In this document: in pieces, positions 10,856 to 20,302 of the stretch
How positions within the stretch are numbered: the first letter of the stretch is position 1
Layout of the letters: each line of letters begins with the position of its first letter
DNA from: an uncultured delta proteobacterium
GTDB lineage: Bacteria; Desulfobacterota; Desulfomonilia; Desulfomonilales; Desulfomonilaceae
Assembly: GCA_963789265.1 (NCBI GenBank)
Contig: CAWBKB010000005.1
Location: 288,001-352,000, forward strand
DNA length: 64,000 bases
Direction: 5' to 3'
The notes under the pieces: model-generated
Database searches by the model: none
Seen by the model: only the letters and a program-made list of their open reading frames with translations
Told to the model about the DNA's origin: nothing
Position numbers and translations under genes: made by a program

Positions 10856-11287
10856 TCATTTTTGCTGTTCTGCGATCTTGTCGATCTCTTCGTCGATGAA
10901 TTTTTTGAATGCGTCACCCGGGGACATTAGTGCCCCCTTTTCCGCTTCAAGGTTGGATGGGCGAATCTTGCAAATCCAGGCAGCGCCGTATGGATCTTCG
11001 TTCATTTTTTCGGGTTCGTCCTCCAAGTCCGTGTTCACCTCCGCGACCTCGCCTGAAACCGGTGCATAAATCCTACCAACCCACTTGCCGGACTCGATAG
11101 AACCATAAGGCTTACCTTGGGTCACTTCGCCCCCCTCTTCAGGCAGATCCACGAATGTGATTTCCCCTGCCTGTTTGGAGATAAACTCAGTGGCACCCGT
11201 GACTACCAGACCGCCTTCCTCTTTCGCCCAGAAGTGATTCTTTTCGTATTGTAGGTCATCAGGGAACACATACCCCTTATGCTCCAT
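10856..11287 (-). CDS. gcvH: Glycine-cleavage H-like lipoyl-carrier protein (LbpA-like ESGKWVG motif)
   Basis: PDDLQYEKNHFW, GSIESGKWVGRIYAPVSG (lipoyl-Lys), NEDPYGAAW; GAGGAG RBS. Confidence 0.88.
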   Translation of the reverse strand: MEHKGYVFPDDLQYEKNHFWAKEEGGLVVTGATEFISKQAGEITFVDLPEEGGEVTQGKPYGSIESGKWVGRIYAPVSGEVAEVNTDLEDEPEKMNEDPYGAAWICKIRPSNLEAEKGALMSPGDAFKKFIDEEIDKIAEQQK

Positions 11288-11406
11288 AGCATCCTCCTCT
11301 AAAGCGAAATCGAAATTAAGAAATCGGCCGCAGCACCTTTACAGGAATCACGCGCCTTTGGCATTCCGTCCAGGCTTGTCCGGTTTATCCCGCGGCAATA
11401 TCGGCA

Positions 11407-12282
11407 TCAACCTTCCACGATTTTCAGCAGCTCGGAAGGCTTCACACGGTTCAGCTTGAACCCCAGTTGCTCGGAGGGCAGGCCAAAGGCCAAGCCCAAG
11501 ATTTGCGGATAGTAAACCACCGGCACTTTGAGGTCAAGACCTGCCGCTTTTACGATCTTTTTTTGTTGGCCTTCATACATCACATTGCAAAAGGGGCAAA
11601 CAAGAACGAGCGCGTGAGCTTGGGCGTCGGCCACATCGATCAATTTTGTAACAGCCATCGCATTGGCGACTTCTTCTGATATTCCAAGCAGTCCTCCGCC
11701 GCAGCAGTCCTTAAGCGAGGGATAATTAATTACCTGCGCGCCGGTTGCAGAAATTAGTTCTGTCAGTGTCTTGGGGTCCGAGGCCGAATCAAAGCCGGCT
11801 GTCAACTCAGACGGCTTCAGGTAGTGGCAGCCGTAGTGAGGCGCAAGAATCACACCGGTGAGGGGCCGCGTGACAGCGTCCTTGATCGCTTCCGCGCCTA
11901 CCTCTTCCCACAGCAGCCTCATATAATGGCGAACCCTCACTGGACCTTCATATCGTAGACCAACCTCCTTGAGACTCTTGTTCACTTGTTCTTTTAGCTC
12001 CGGATTGTTATCCAGCGCGTGGGCTGTTTCCGCCAGGGTTCCCGCACAGGCGTTGCATAGAGCGCAGATTTCGACCCCTTCTCTTTCTGCCAGTGCCAGG
12101 TTACGTGCAGCGATCAGCGTCGTTTGATGTACATCCAATGATTTTAGCGGAAATCCACAGCATCCGAAGGCTTCGAGATCCCTGAAGTTAATGCCCAGCG
12201 CGCGTGCAGTCAATCTCGCGGACAATTCATAGTTAAGGTTCCTGACGGGCACGGTGCAACCAAGGTATAAGAGTGCTTCCAT
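11407..12282 (-). CDS. hdrB: Heterodisulfide reductase subunit B-like protein
   Basis: Two CCG domains: YLGC..GCCG..CNAC and HYGCH..DCCGG..CPFC. Confidence 0.93.
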   Translation of the reverse strand: MEALLYLGCTVPVRNLNYELSARLTARALGINFRDLEAFGCCGFPLKSLDVHQTTLIAARNLALAEREGVEICALCNACAGTLAETAHALDNNPELKEQVNKSLKEVGLRYEGPVRVRHYMRLLWEEVGAEAIKDAVTRPLTGVILAPHYGCHYLKPSELTAGFDSASDPKTLTELISATGAQVINYPSLKDCCGGGLLGISEEVANAMAVTKLIDVADAQAHALVLVCPFCNVMYEGQQKKIVKAAGLDLKVPVVYYPQILGLAFGLPSEQLGFKLNRVKPSELLKIVEG

Positions 12283-12365
12283 GAGAACTGTCTTTCATTC
12301 CGCTGCAATTTTTAGCCGCTGGAATCTTATTAAATCGCTTCGGGGGCGAAATAGCCTGCTATCGG

Positions 12366-12830
12366 TTACAGTAGGCGGTTGTAGTCTTCAGGGTGTTCAA
12401 CAAGGGAAGGCAGGCCAAGCTTATTGCGCTTTTCGTTCTCAAACTCACCGACCTCGTAGAGACGGCCATGCTGTTTAAGCAGCGATTTTTGACCCGTCAA
12501 CCCCGGTGGTACACAAGCCTCGGCAGCCGCGAGATTCTTGATCGCGAATATCACCTCGGTGAAGCGCACATTCTGGGGGCACACTTCGTGACACCCGTAG
12601 CAACTGGAGCAAAGCCAAATGAAATCACTCTCCAGCACCTCCTTTTTCATGCCCAGCAACACCATGCGTATGATCTTTCGTGGATCGTACCGTTTGTCTA
12701 CCACATTGATCGGGCACGCCGCGCTGCAAGCTTTGCAGGCAAAACATGCCCTGATGGCCTCACCTCCCGGTTGTTGCGCCACACGATGCTTAAAAGAAGG
12801 GTCGAGCGTATTCAGTTTGATGCGGCTCAT
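12366..12830 (-). CDS. hdrC: Heterodisulfide reductase subunit C-like protein
   Basis: CFACKACSAACP, DPRKIIRM, IWLCSSCYGCHEVCPQ. Confidence 0.93.
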   Translation of the reverse strand: MSRIKLNTLDPSFKHRVAQQPGGEAIRACFACKACSAACPINVVDKRYDPRKIIRMVLLGMKKEVLESDFIWLCSSCYGCHEVCPQNVRFTEVIFAIKNLAAAEACVPPGLTGQKSLLKQHGRLYEVGEFENEKRNKLGLPSLVEHPEDYNRLL

Positions 12831-14413
12831 AGTATCGCTCCCCCCATATTGCGGACCGCTTCTACGAGGACGTTGGGGGTATTGCTCGCAATGGGAACGA
12901 ATTTCACTCTGTCCGGGTCCATCCCGATTTCTGTAAGAAACTCTCCCACTTGACCGATTCTGCTCTCGGCAAGCAGGTTACCGTATACCGACGCGCAGTT
13001 CCCTTTGAAGCAGCCGGCGACAATCACCCCTTTAGCACCTGATTCCAATGACTCCCAAATATGGTTCAGGCCGACTGTCCCTGCGCAGGGAACTGTAATG
13101 GATACGAGGTTCTCGCCTAAGCAGTGGCCGACTGACTCCATCGCGGGAGCAGCCGAGCGGGAGCAGAGGAAAACCGCTATTTTGCCACCGGCTCCGGCAT
13201 GGGTCAGGTCCGCTCTGATTCGCTCTAATATCGCGCTTTGAGGTTGTACGGGAGTTAACTTTATTGCTTCCATGGGGCATTCTGCCGCACAAATGCCGCA
13301 ACGAGTGCATGTGGCAATATCCGCTGCTGCTTGTTTACTGAAACTTATCGCCCCATGTGGGCATACGCGCACGCAGGTGAGGCACATCGTACATTTGCCG
13401 GGATCGACCTCCGGAGGGCCTGGAAGTTCCGCGAGCGGCGGTTCGGGGATGGGCCTCTTCAGCGCTCCTACCACTGCCTCGATGTCGCCGCGTATAAGCT
13501 CGGGATCAAAAACTCCACGTGAACCGCCCACAGCGAAGATTCCTGCCTTAGGTGTGTCCACTCCTGCAAACCGTATTGATTCTGGCTTCAGAAATGGAGC
13601 TGCGAACCGCCAAGAAGGAATGGCATTAGAAACCGGCTCCAGAATCGGGGGAGGAAACAACTCTTCGTCCACCACCAGCAGATCCGGCACGAGTTCCATT
13701 TCCGAACCCAACAGTGGATCCAAGAAGCTAATTACCGGTCCATCCGCGCAGCTCTCGAAACATGGCCCTTCGAGGTCGAACTTGAAAAACAACGCACCCT
13801 TCTCTCGGCATTCTCTGTAACGCCTTTCCAGTCCGAAAGCGGCCACCTTGAGGTGGCGCGTGAATACGTATGTCTGCACTTGTCCAAGGCTCTGAAGTTT
13901 TTCTATGGCATCGAGAACTCTTGAAAAAACAGCCGGGTGTGACCCCCCTTCAAGTCCAAGCAGAAAAGCTGCATGGAACCAGTCGCCTGATCGACGCTCA
14001 AGTGTGTTTTCGGTTTGAAGGTCCGCTTCCAGGTCTGACAGGCTGAGAATCTTTCTAGATCGGGCCAGTCCGTATGATTCGTACTTTGGAACGACCGTTG
14101 CCGGCTTCGCCGCGACAATAAAGCCCACCTGTTCTGTCAAACGCCCGCTGCCGGTTCGCAGAGTTACTTCGAATCCGCCTACGAAGCCTTGAACCTCATC
14201 GAGGTCCGCATCCGCTAACAAACGAACCTTTTCGTACAACCCGTCCGAGGAAGCTTTTCCGGCCAGGAGCACATCAAAACCTTCCTCGGCCAATCGCAAA
14301 GCGAGATCTTTGCCTGTTGCATCGCCGCCAAGCACAAGTACGCGCCTGTAAGCTCCGTTCCCCGCCTTGAACTCCCTCGTCAGGAATACCGATCCGGTTA
14401 CCGATGCTTTCAC
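12827..14413 (-). CDS. Degenerate HdrA-like domain + 2[4Fe-4S] ferredoxin + MvhD/FlpD fusion
   Basis: HdrA-like remnants (GFVGGFEV, GIFAVG), CTMCLTCVRVCP and CTRCGICAAECP, MvhD motifs FLC..VPCAG..GCFKGNC; overlaps both neighbours by 4 nt. Confidence 0.85.
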   Translation of the reverse strand: MKASVTGSVFLTREFKAGNGAYRRVLVLGGDATGKDLALRLAEEGFDVLLAGKASSDGLYEKVRLLADADLDEVQGFVGGFEVTLRTGSGRLTEQVGFIVAAKPATVVPKYESYGLARSRKILSLSDLEADLQTENTLERRSGDWFHAAFLLGLEGGSHPAVFSRVLDAIEKLQSLGQVQTYVFTRHLKVAAFGLERRYRECREKGALFFKFDLEGPCFESCADGPVISFLDPLLGSEMELVPDLLVVDEELFPPPILEPVSNAIPSWRFAAPFLKPESIRFAGVDTPKAGIFAVGGSRGVFDPELIRGDIEAVVGALKRPIPEPPLAELPGPPEVDPGKCTMCLTCVRVCPHGAISFSKQAAADIATCTRCGICAAECPMEAIKLTPVQPQSAILERIRADLTHAGAGGKIAVFLCSRSAAPAMESVGHCLGENLVSITVPCAGTVGLNHIWESLESGAKGVIVAGCFKGNCASVYGNLLAESRIGQVGEFLTEIGMDPDRVKFVPIASNTPNVLVEAVRNMGGAIL

Positions 14414-15639
14414 TGGTCCTCCCCACGAGAGATCTTGGCAATATATGAGGTAACTTGACCGGCAGTTCGGATCGCATGGGAAACTGTTTCCTCGATGGAT
14501 TTGGGTCCCTGGACAGTTCCGGCAACGAATACTCCGGCGCGACTGGTTGTGACCGCCTCTCCGTTTCCCCCAACGAAGCCGTCCATATTCAAACCCACAC
14601 CAAGCAGATTCCCGAGTGCGGCACTTGAGTGGCTCGGGGAGATGCCCCCACTTAAAACTACAAGATCAAACGATTCTAAGGCCCTCTTGTCATCCGACCC
14701 GTGATAGACCAACTCCGGCTTGCCGTCCAGCGCGGTGCGGATTTCTGACGGAATCGATCGGATCAGCTTCACCTCTTGCTCGGCCTCCTTCAGGCGCTCC
14801 TCGAAGTCACGTTCAAAGGACTGGATATCCATGTAAAACATTGACAGGTCCACCTGAGGAAAGCGAGTTCGCAAAAGACGCGCGAGTCTTAAAGCATAAG
14901 CGCAACAAACGCGTGAACAGTAATTCCGCCCGATTTTGGCGTCTCGACTCCCTACGCACTGAATAAAAGCAATTTTTGCGTTGCCACCTGGATCCCAGCA
15001 GTTCTGTCTAAGTAGCGACTCAAGTTCAAGACCTGTGACAACTCCCGGCACCCGGCCGTACCCGAATCGAGGAGTTTCGGTAGGGTCAGTGGGCTTGAAA
15101 CCGGAGGCCAACACAACTGTTGATGCATGAACGTCAAGGATGTCATGACTCCGATCAAGCTTAACGGCCTCTCGACGGCAAGCATCCCGGCAGGCATGGC
15201 ACGAGGCATCCTGAAACCAAAGGCATCTCTGCTCGTTTATGGCAATAGCGCGATTCCAAGGAGAGCGCAGGAGCGCTCCCGGAACAGGGCAGACAGCCTC
15301 GCACGCTCCGCAATTGTTGCATCTTTCGGGCATTATTAGGAGAGGTCTTCGGGAAATGGTTAGTTGAAAATCTCCAGGCTTGCCTTCGACCTGAAGCAGG
15401 TCCGACTGAAGGAGCACAGTAATCCGGTTCGACAATTGCACTTTATGCAGAATATCTTCCAGGAGACAGGCGCCGCATCGCTCGCATTGATCAGTAGCCT
15501 TGCAGCATAATTGTGCGACATGTCCGCCCGGAAATGCAGCGGTTTCGACGATCACAGACTCCAATCCCAGCCGGGCCAGTTCCCACGCGCACCATAGTCC
15601 GGCTATGCCGCCGCCAAGGATCACTGCGTCTTTCTTCAT
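14410..15639 (-). CDS. hdrA: HdrA-like FAD/Fe-S protein
   Basis: ILGGGIAG FAD motif, inserted ferredoxin (CNNCGACEAVCP), FIQCVGSRD..YCSRVCC, GVFVAG..GPKSI. Confidence 0.9.
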   Translation of the reverse strand: MKKDAVILGGGIAGLWCAWELARLGLESVIVETAAFPGGHVAQLCCKATDQCERCGACLLEDILHKVQLSNRITVLLQSDLLQVEGKPGDFQLTISRRPLLIMPERCNNCGACEAVCPVPGALLRSPWNRAIAINEQRCLWFQDASCHACRDACRREAVKLDRSHDILDVHASTVVLASGFKPTDPTETPRFGYGRVPGVVTGLELESLLRQNCWDPGGNAKIAFIQCVGSRDAKIGRNYCSRVCCAYALRLARLLRTRFPQVDLSMFYMDIQSFERDFEERLKEAEQEVKLIRSIPSEIRTALDGKPELVYHGSDDKRALESFDLVVLSGGISPSHSSAALGNLLGVGLNMDGFVGGNGEAVTTSRAGVFVAGTVQGPKSIEETVSHAIRTAGQVTSYIAKISRGEDQ

Positions 15640-15801
15640 CGCGTAAGTGCCTTACCACAGCCGAGTCAACCCTGCAGGGAAGCATGGCCGGCTCAGCAGC
15701 TTCACTGTTGCCACAGACGAAATGCCGGCCACGAACCGCCGGAAACGGGAAAGTCCGCCGCCTGGAGCGGTTTGCATGGAGAACACTTACGGAACGGATT
15801 T

Positions 15802-16497
15802 TCATCCTTTCCGAGCGGTGTGATCGCCGGCCGATAAAAGTTGATATTCTCTCCGAACTATTTTAGCGGGGTGTGTGCTCCGATCGTTGCATTTGGGCGG
15901 CACGATCTCTTTCAAGAAGTCAAGACGCGATTGGCGTTCTAGCCGAGAAATGATCTGTACCCACGCGCAATCCCTTTGCGGGTCTGTTTCGCACTTGCCG
16001 TTCTTTGGGCCCCCACACGGTCCGTTCAGAAGTCCTTTCGCGCACATCGTTACGGGACAGATGCCGCCGGTGATCCCAAGATAGCACTGATTGCAAGATC
16101 GACAACGCTCGGACCACACGCCGGCCCCTTCGGACACTCCTATGAAGCTGGTGTCCACGCCGGGAAAGACCGGGATGTCGGGATACATCTCGGCGAGGAA
16201 CTGGATGCCGGCCCCGCAAGCCAGGGACACGATCGCGTCAACTTGCGCTACATGATCGCGAAACAACTGTATGAATTCGCGGTCGCATTGGCGTTCCACT
16301 GTAGCCGCTACGGCCTGGAAATTTTTGTTGTCATGCCCTGCGGCAAGTTTAAGACGTGTTGCGAGAATTCCCGCTTCTTTCTCTCCACCTGTTAGGCAAA
16401 CCGCGACGCACGTTCCGCACCCTGCCACGAGAATGCGTGAATAGCCGCGTATCATTTTCTGGATTTCGACAAAGGGTTTGGCTTGAGCAACAATCAC
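15802..16497 (-). CDS. metV: Methylene-THF reductase small subunit (MetV / MTHFR C-terminal domain)
   Basis: GCGTCVAVC, ERQCD, LACGAG, ERCRSCNQCYL..GGICPVTMCAKGLLNGPCGG..CE..CAW. Confidence 0.88.
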   Translation of the reverse strand: MIVAQAKPFVEIQKMIRGYSRILVAGCGTCVAVCLTGGEKEAGILATRLKLAAGHDNKNFQAVAATVERQCDREFIQLFRDHVAQVDAIVSLACGAGIQFLAEMYPDIPVFPGVDTSFIGVSEGAGVWSERCRSCNQCYLGITGGICPVTMCAKGLLNGPCGGPKNGKCETDPQRDCAWVQIISRLERQSRLDFLKEIVPPKCNDRSTHPAKIVRREYQLLSAGDHTARKG

Positions 16498-16544
16498 GGG
16501 ATCCTCAAGAGGCGGAATCTGGCGAGTTTAAAGGTCTATTAATA

Positions 16545-16573
16545 GGAATAGCGGAGGCAGCCCAGGGTGTCAA
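16545..16573 (-). promoter_or_regulatory. Putative sigma70 promoter of the metV-hdr-gcvH operon
   Basis: TTGACA-17 nt-TATTCC on the minus strand, about 50 nt upstream of the metV GTG. Confidence 0.55.
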
Positions 16574-16830
16574 GTACGGAACCGGTCCGGTCCAGGCAAT
16601 CGGTCGCAGGCGAGCACTGTGCCTTGCTCCTGCGTTGCCTGAAATGAAATGTTGCGCTGCTGGTACTCATTCACTCCTCGCAATGACAATCTCTTCCCGC
16701 ACGCAATTGAATGCTTACCGCTGCTGAGCAGGTTTCATTTTTCCGCGCTGAAAATTACTGCGTACAGCGTTCTGCGGGACTCGAGTCGACAACCTGTGCG
16801 ATCGCGAAAATTGGGCGAATACGGATTAAC

Positions 16831-18123
16831 TCAGGAAGCCTTGGCGTGCGGTACCGCGGCCATTTCTGCCCTTCGCTCAAGAGACCGCGGCTTGCGATTG
16901 GTTGGTTCATCGTGGTGCTTTCCGGAATTCGACGCACCCTGATCGGTAGGAATCCAGTCTCTGGCATAGAAGAGAAACGCGAACGCCGGCAACGAAAGGA
17001 AGAAAGTGAAGAAGAAATATTGCGCGTAGCCTACGCGAGTTGCTGCCCATCCGCTAACCGATCCCATAATAATACCCGGTATCTTGAAAAGGGCGGTGAG
17101 TAACGCGTACTGAGTGGCGGAGTACTCTTTCTTGCATACGCTCATTAAGAAGGCCAAAAATGCGGCGGTTCCCAGTCCCGCGCAAAAGGACTCGGCCACT
17201 GATGCGAAGTAGATACCCCAATTACCCGTTTCGGGATAAGCCGCGACCCACGCATAGCTGAGATTAGCACCAGCTTGCCATATTCCAAGGAACCAGAGGC
17301 CGTGAAATATACCGAAGCGAACCATGAAGAGCCCTCCGGCCAATCCCCCTACAATCGTCGCAAGGATTCCCAACGAGCCGGTGATTAGCCCTATTTCAGT
17401 GGTGGACAGGCCCCTATCCAGCCAGAATGGGCGCACCATTGGCCCTAATGCCATGTCTCCGAGCTTGTACAAAAGGATGAAAAGTGCCACCTGCACCAAA
17501 CCCGGTCTACTCAAAAAATCCTTCACCGGGGCCGCCAGGGAGGAAAGCGAAAACTTTGGCCGTTTCACTTCCACCGCGGGGAGTCTAAACGAAACTACGC
17601 TGCATACTGCCAAAATCGTGGCTGCCGTCAGGAAAGTGCTCTTCCATCCGATCCAACCTCCCAGTGCTATAAACAAACCGCCTGCAACCACCATCGCAAC
17701 GCGGTAAGCCGCGATCCTGAAACCATTGGCGATTCCCATTTCAGATGGCTGGAGCAACTCTATAGTGTAAGCATCTACGGCTATGTCCTGCGTGGCTGAC
17801 ATTACTGCAAACGAAAAAATGCAGGTCCAGAGCAAAAATGCGGGATGAGTGGGGTCCAGGGGAATAGTCAGCACCATTAACGCAGCCATGCAGAACTGCG
17901 CGGCCGATATCCAATGGCGCCGTTTTCCCAAAAAATCCACCGCCGGAGCCCAGATGAACTTCAGCGCGTACGGAAGGCTCAACAGGCTCAGCAGACCCAC
18001 GTGCACCAGAGAGATCTTATGGATGCGGAAATATACTGGAAGTGTTTGCTCAATGATTCCGAAGGGAAAACCTTCTGCAAAATACAGCAGCGAAACGAGC
18101 AAGAGTTTTCTATTGAGTTTCAC
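16831..18123 (-). CDS. ampG: AmpG-like MFS permease
   Basis: LYFAEGFP, LPYALKFIWAP.VD, SATQDIAVDAY, LYKLGD, ATQYALL. Confidence 0.85.
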   Translation of the reverse strand: MKLNRKLLLVSLLYFAEGFPFGIIEQTLPVYFRIHKISLVHVGLLSLLSLPYALKFIWAPAVDFLGKRRHWISAAQFCMAALMVLTIPLDPTHPAFLLWTCIFSFAVMSATQDIAVDAYTIELLQPSEMGIANGFRIAAYRVAMVVAGGLFIALGGWIGWKSTFLTAATILAVCSVVSFRLPAVEVKRPKFSLSSLAAPVKDFLSRPGLVQVALFILLYKLGDMALGPMVRPFWLDRGLSTTEIGLITGSLGILATIVGGLAGGLFMVRFGIFHGLWFLGIWQAGANLSYAWVAAYPETGNWGIYFASVAESFCAGLGTAAFLAFLMSVCKKEYSATQYALLTALFKIPGIIMGSVSGWAATRVGYAQYFFFTFFLSLPAFAFLFYARDWIPTDQGASNSGKHHDEPTNRKPRSLERRAEMAAVPHAKAS

Positions 18124-18421
18124 AGTGGCTCCTCTGCTCCATTGTGGGGTAGCCCACCAATTTTGCAGGGGGATAATACAGGAATTTTCACAAAATAAAA
18201 AAGATTTATCATCTTTCAGCTTGAAGGCGTAGCAAATGCCCGGTAATAACTAGGTAAATCATCACAACCATGCTAATGGCACGAAGGATTTCGATGCCCG
18301 ACAACTCTATGAAAGCAAAGCCGGGTGCTCTCCTTTTGCTTCAAACACCTTTCACCTTCCGTACAGGATGCGCTATAATGCTCACCAAGACACCAAGCCA
18401 TGACTGCCAACATCACGGACC

Positions 18422-18862
18422 ATGACTACTAAAGCCACAAGCAGAGTTCTGAGTGCCAAGGAAGCTGTAGAGTCAATTCGTGGATCTTTGTCCAATGCGG
18501 AGTTGATGGAGAGGTTCAAGATCAGTCCTCAAGGTCTTGCGGACCTTATCAAGCAGCTTTTCGAGAAGAAACTCATCTCCGAAGACGACTTGCGCCGACG
18601 AGGAATACGTTTCAAGATAGTGAAGAAACAGTCCCATCCTCAGATCATTCCGCCTCCTCCACCGGAACCTACCGAAGATACAGAAGAATTTCTTGATACA
18701 ATAACCTTAACGGAACTGCTCAGCTTTGTCCCCCCCGGCAAAAAGCCAATTGAGGGGGAAGATGAGCCCACCGAAATCCCGCCACCTGAAGAAACCGCTG
18801 AAGAATTGAATGAAAAGAAAAGTAGATTCAGCATCACCGGTTTTTTCAAGAGAGGCAAGTAA
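18422..18862 (+). CDS. Hypothetical protein with an N-terminal winged-helix-like domain and Pro/Glu-rich tail
   Basis: 146-aa ORF, SAKEAVESIR..ELMERFKISPQGL..LFEKKLIS. Confidence 0.7.
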   Translation: MTTKATSRVLSAKEAVESIRGSLSNAELMERFKISPQGLADLIKQLFEKKLISEDDLRRRGIRFKIVKKQSHPQIIPPPPPEPTEDTEEFLDTITLTELLSFVPPGKKPIEGEDEPTEIPPPEETAEELNEKKSRFSITGFFKRGK

Positions 18863-19004
18863 GATCTTTGCTATCGCAATGTCATAGGATACGCCGTGCT
18901 TGTCAGCTCTCTCTGGGGGAGAATGGCATATCTTAAACCGATTCGCTTCCCAACAAGTGAGAATGGGCAGATAGCAAACGGCACTGACCTGGCGCCATGA
19001 TGGT

Positions 19005-19027
19005 GCCTCCCGCGGGACGCGGGAGGC
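19005..19027. repeat. Perfect 10-bp hairpin containing the recurrent TCCCGCG-N3-CGCGGGA motif
   Basis: GCCTCCCGCG GGA CGCGGGAGGC between convergent genes. Confidence 0.75.
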
Positions 19028-19083
19028 TTTGTCAGATCTGTGCTGTATTTCCTTGATTGTTCACCGTTTGATCGCGCATTCCT

Positions 19084-19151
19084 ATGAAAACGTCCTGTTA
19101 CCGACCGGCAATCCCACGTTCCGCGCGGGACGGTCCTACTAACGTTTTCAT
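19084..19151. repeat. REP-like inverted repeat with an embedded TCCC(A/G)CG..CGCGGGA hairpin
   Basis: ATGAAAACG...CGTTTTCAT ends; GACCG..CGGTC encloses the hairpin at 19112-19130. Confidence 0.55.
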
Positions 19152-19221
19152 GTTTCGTTGTAGCTTTCTAGCTATGGGAGTTGGTATTAATTTGCGCTCA
19201 GCTTATCCGGCCTAAGGGAAG

Positions 19222-19644
19222 TCAAGAAAATTCTATTAGCTTGCCGGTTCTGTAGGCAAGAGCCTGGGCCGTTGCGATGAGGTTCCCCTCGGCTTTTTCT
19301 CTCACCTCGCAAAAATATGAGGCAGTACGATTTGTCTTGTGAACTTCTGTTGCCCGTGCCTCGAGCATAGTTCCCGCTTTGGCCGGCGCCGCGTAGGTGA
19401 TACTCACATTGAGCGCCACGGAAAGCACGCCATGGGTGTTGCAGGCTATTTGGAATGCTTCGTCGATCAAAGAAAAAAGGGCTCCACCGTGCGTTGATCC
19501 GAAGATGTTCTCCAAGTCCGGCCTGATAGGCATCCTTACCAGGGAACTGCCCGGCCCGATCTCCACAACTTCCATCCCCAGGAGCCGCCCGTACGGTTCC
19601 AAGCGCGAACGCCTTGTCAGCTCGTCATACAACTTTCCGCTCAT
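19222..19644 (-). CDS. PaaI-family hot-dog thioesterase
   Basis: N.FG.THGGALFSLIDEAF. Confidence 0.9.
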   Translation of the reverse strand: MSGKLYDELTRRSRLEPYGRLLGMEVVEIGPGSSLVRMPIRPDLENIFGSTHGGALFSLIDEAFQIACNTHGVLSVALNVSITYAAPAKAGTMLEARATEVHKTNRTASYFCEVREKAEGNLIATAQALAYRTGKLIEFS

Positions 19645-20302
19645 CCGCTATCTTTCCTATTTCCGCTGGCGTAGGAGGGCTGATGATGATCTGGGAGCCC
19701 AAGAGTCCTAGTGACATCAGCAACTTTGCAAGATCTTCAACAGTCATGTCAAGACGCACAAAATCTTCTACCGGGACAAGCGCGTTGAACCCCGTAGCCG
19801 GAATTGGAGAGTTAGGAACAAACACGAGCAGATATTCCTTTCCATCCTGGAGGCAGTAGCGTCGAGATGATGTCAGAAGCCCCAACATCTTCACATTCCC
19901 TATGCTAATGTGGCCTACGGCACCAAACCTGCCCGCTTGTCCTTTCTTTTCGAATATGTCAACTACCTGCCCCACCCCCGTGTAAATTTTGCCAATGAGG
20001 GGGATTTTGGCAAAGATGGAATTGACAGCTCGATGAATCCTGGCCACCGTAGCGCGGTTCACCAAAAATCCCAGGAGAATGATAAGGAGCACTACGACAA
20101 GGTAGCCCACGATGTAGCCTGGGTACTTGTGGCTGTTCCCAACAATCGTCAGCAAGAACAACCCGAAAGAACTGCTGGGGCCAATAAAGGCGTCGGCAAA
20201 CCTCACGATCCAGCTCACCACGAATACGGTCACTACGAAAGGGCTAAGTGTGGCCACTCCGGTGAGGAAGAATCTTACTACTGTGCTTGCAAATGTCCGC
20301 AA
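19625..20302 (-). CDS. DUF502 membrane protein
   Basis: RFFLTG..P..VT, KIPLIGKIY, VFVPNSPIPATGF, MSLG; TTG start at 20302 after GGAG is inferred. Confidence 0.8.
   Translation of the reverse strand: MRTFASTVVRFFLTGVATLSPFVVTVFVVSWIVRFADAFIGPSSSFGLFLLTIVGNSHKYPGYIVGYLVVVLLIILLGFLVNRATVARIHRAVNSIFAKIPLIGKIYTGVGQVVDIFEKKGQAGRFGAVGHISIGNVKMLGLLTSSRRYCLQDGKEYLLVFVPNSPIPATGFNALVPVEDFVRLDMTVEDLAKLLMSLGLLGSQIIISPPTPAEIGKIADERKVV

Noticed and set aside
11407..15639. Methanogen Hdr or the canonical Qmo-Apr sulfate-reduction locus
   Set aside because: The context is bacterial, with no aprAB, sat, qmoC or hydrogenase genes; the flanking genes are metV and a lipoyl carrier.
11407..16497. Selenocysteine read-through in hdr/mvhD genes
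   Set aside because: All motifs are complete with Cys codons; no in-frame TGA interrupts a domain.
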